A stretch of DNA of 61,769 bases, counting the filler, from Nemertoderma westbladi (Eukaryota; Animalia; Xenacoelomorpha), in assembly GCA_032718475.1 (NCBI GenBank). It is 3 parts of 3 records of this genome, joined end to end, with 100 filler letters (N's around TTAATTAATTAA, not from the genome) between each part and the next. Parts side by side here need not be neighbours in the genome. Positions count along the whole stretch, not along the records: positions 50,679 to 61,769 come from JAUCBJ010008460.1; 2 more parts are not named here. One strand, 5' to 3'. Below are positions 61,480-61,769 of this stretch, in pieces (positions within the stretch are counted from its first letter, which is position 1; every line of letters starts with the position of its first letter). The notes beneath the pieces were generated by a model, which was not told where the DNA came from, ran no database searches, and saw nothing but the letters and a program-made list of their open reading frames with translations. The translations under genes were made by a program, and so were the position numbers.

Positions 61480-61769
61480 ATACCTTTCATGTCTGTCATG
61501 TGTTTTATTTTTAAACCTCCCGCCAACTTCAACAACTCCTAAACTTGAAATTAGCAGTCTTTAATGGTATAATTATTGTCATTAAAAGCACCTAATTCAA
61601 GCGCGATATGATTGGTAGGCTATTTGTCTGACCAATCAGTGACTGCTTGAAATTAGGATGTTTTAACGTTTCATAACTTCTGTTCCGCCATACCAAAAAT
61701 TGCATATTCTACTGTACGTTCTACCACTCGAACTTTTATTTAAACACCAGATTGTGCTATTTATGGATG

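Overview
AT-rich, repeat-dense window from a eukaryote, most likely an invertebrate animal; the species cannot be determined from sequence alone. It has two scaffold gaps carrying an artificial TTAATTAATTAA linker. There are few host genes, each a single uninterrupted ORF: HMGXB4, a divergent rhodopsin-class GPCR and a 333-aa orphan. The rest is a stack of nested mobile DNA: HINE/Helentron-like elements (one inserted into a copy of itself), a full-length CRE-clade retrotransposon with TSD, an APE-type LINE carrying a SINE, an RTE fragment and a foldback element, a Harbinger MITE inside a satellite, a Penelope element, an Academ-like transposase with a PHD gene, and several minisatellites. The stand-out is an intact 823-aa ORF (34357-36828, minus) that reads as an orthomyxovirus/Articulavirales PB2 polymerase subunit. 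It keeps an orthomyxo-like 5' segment terminus (AGCAATAGCAAG) and is inserted cleanly into the Pif1 helicase of a decayed Helitron, making it a probable endogenous viral element from a divergent influenza-related RNA virus. All family assignments come from motif recognition by eye, not database searches.
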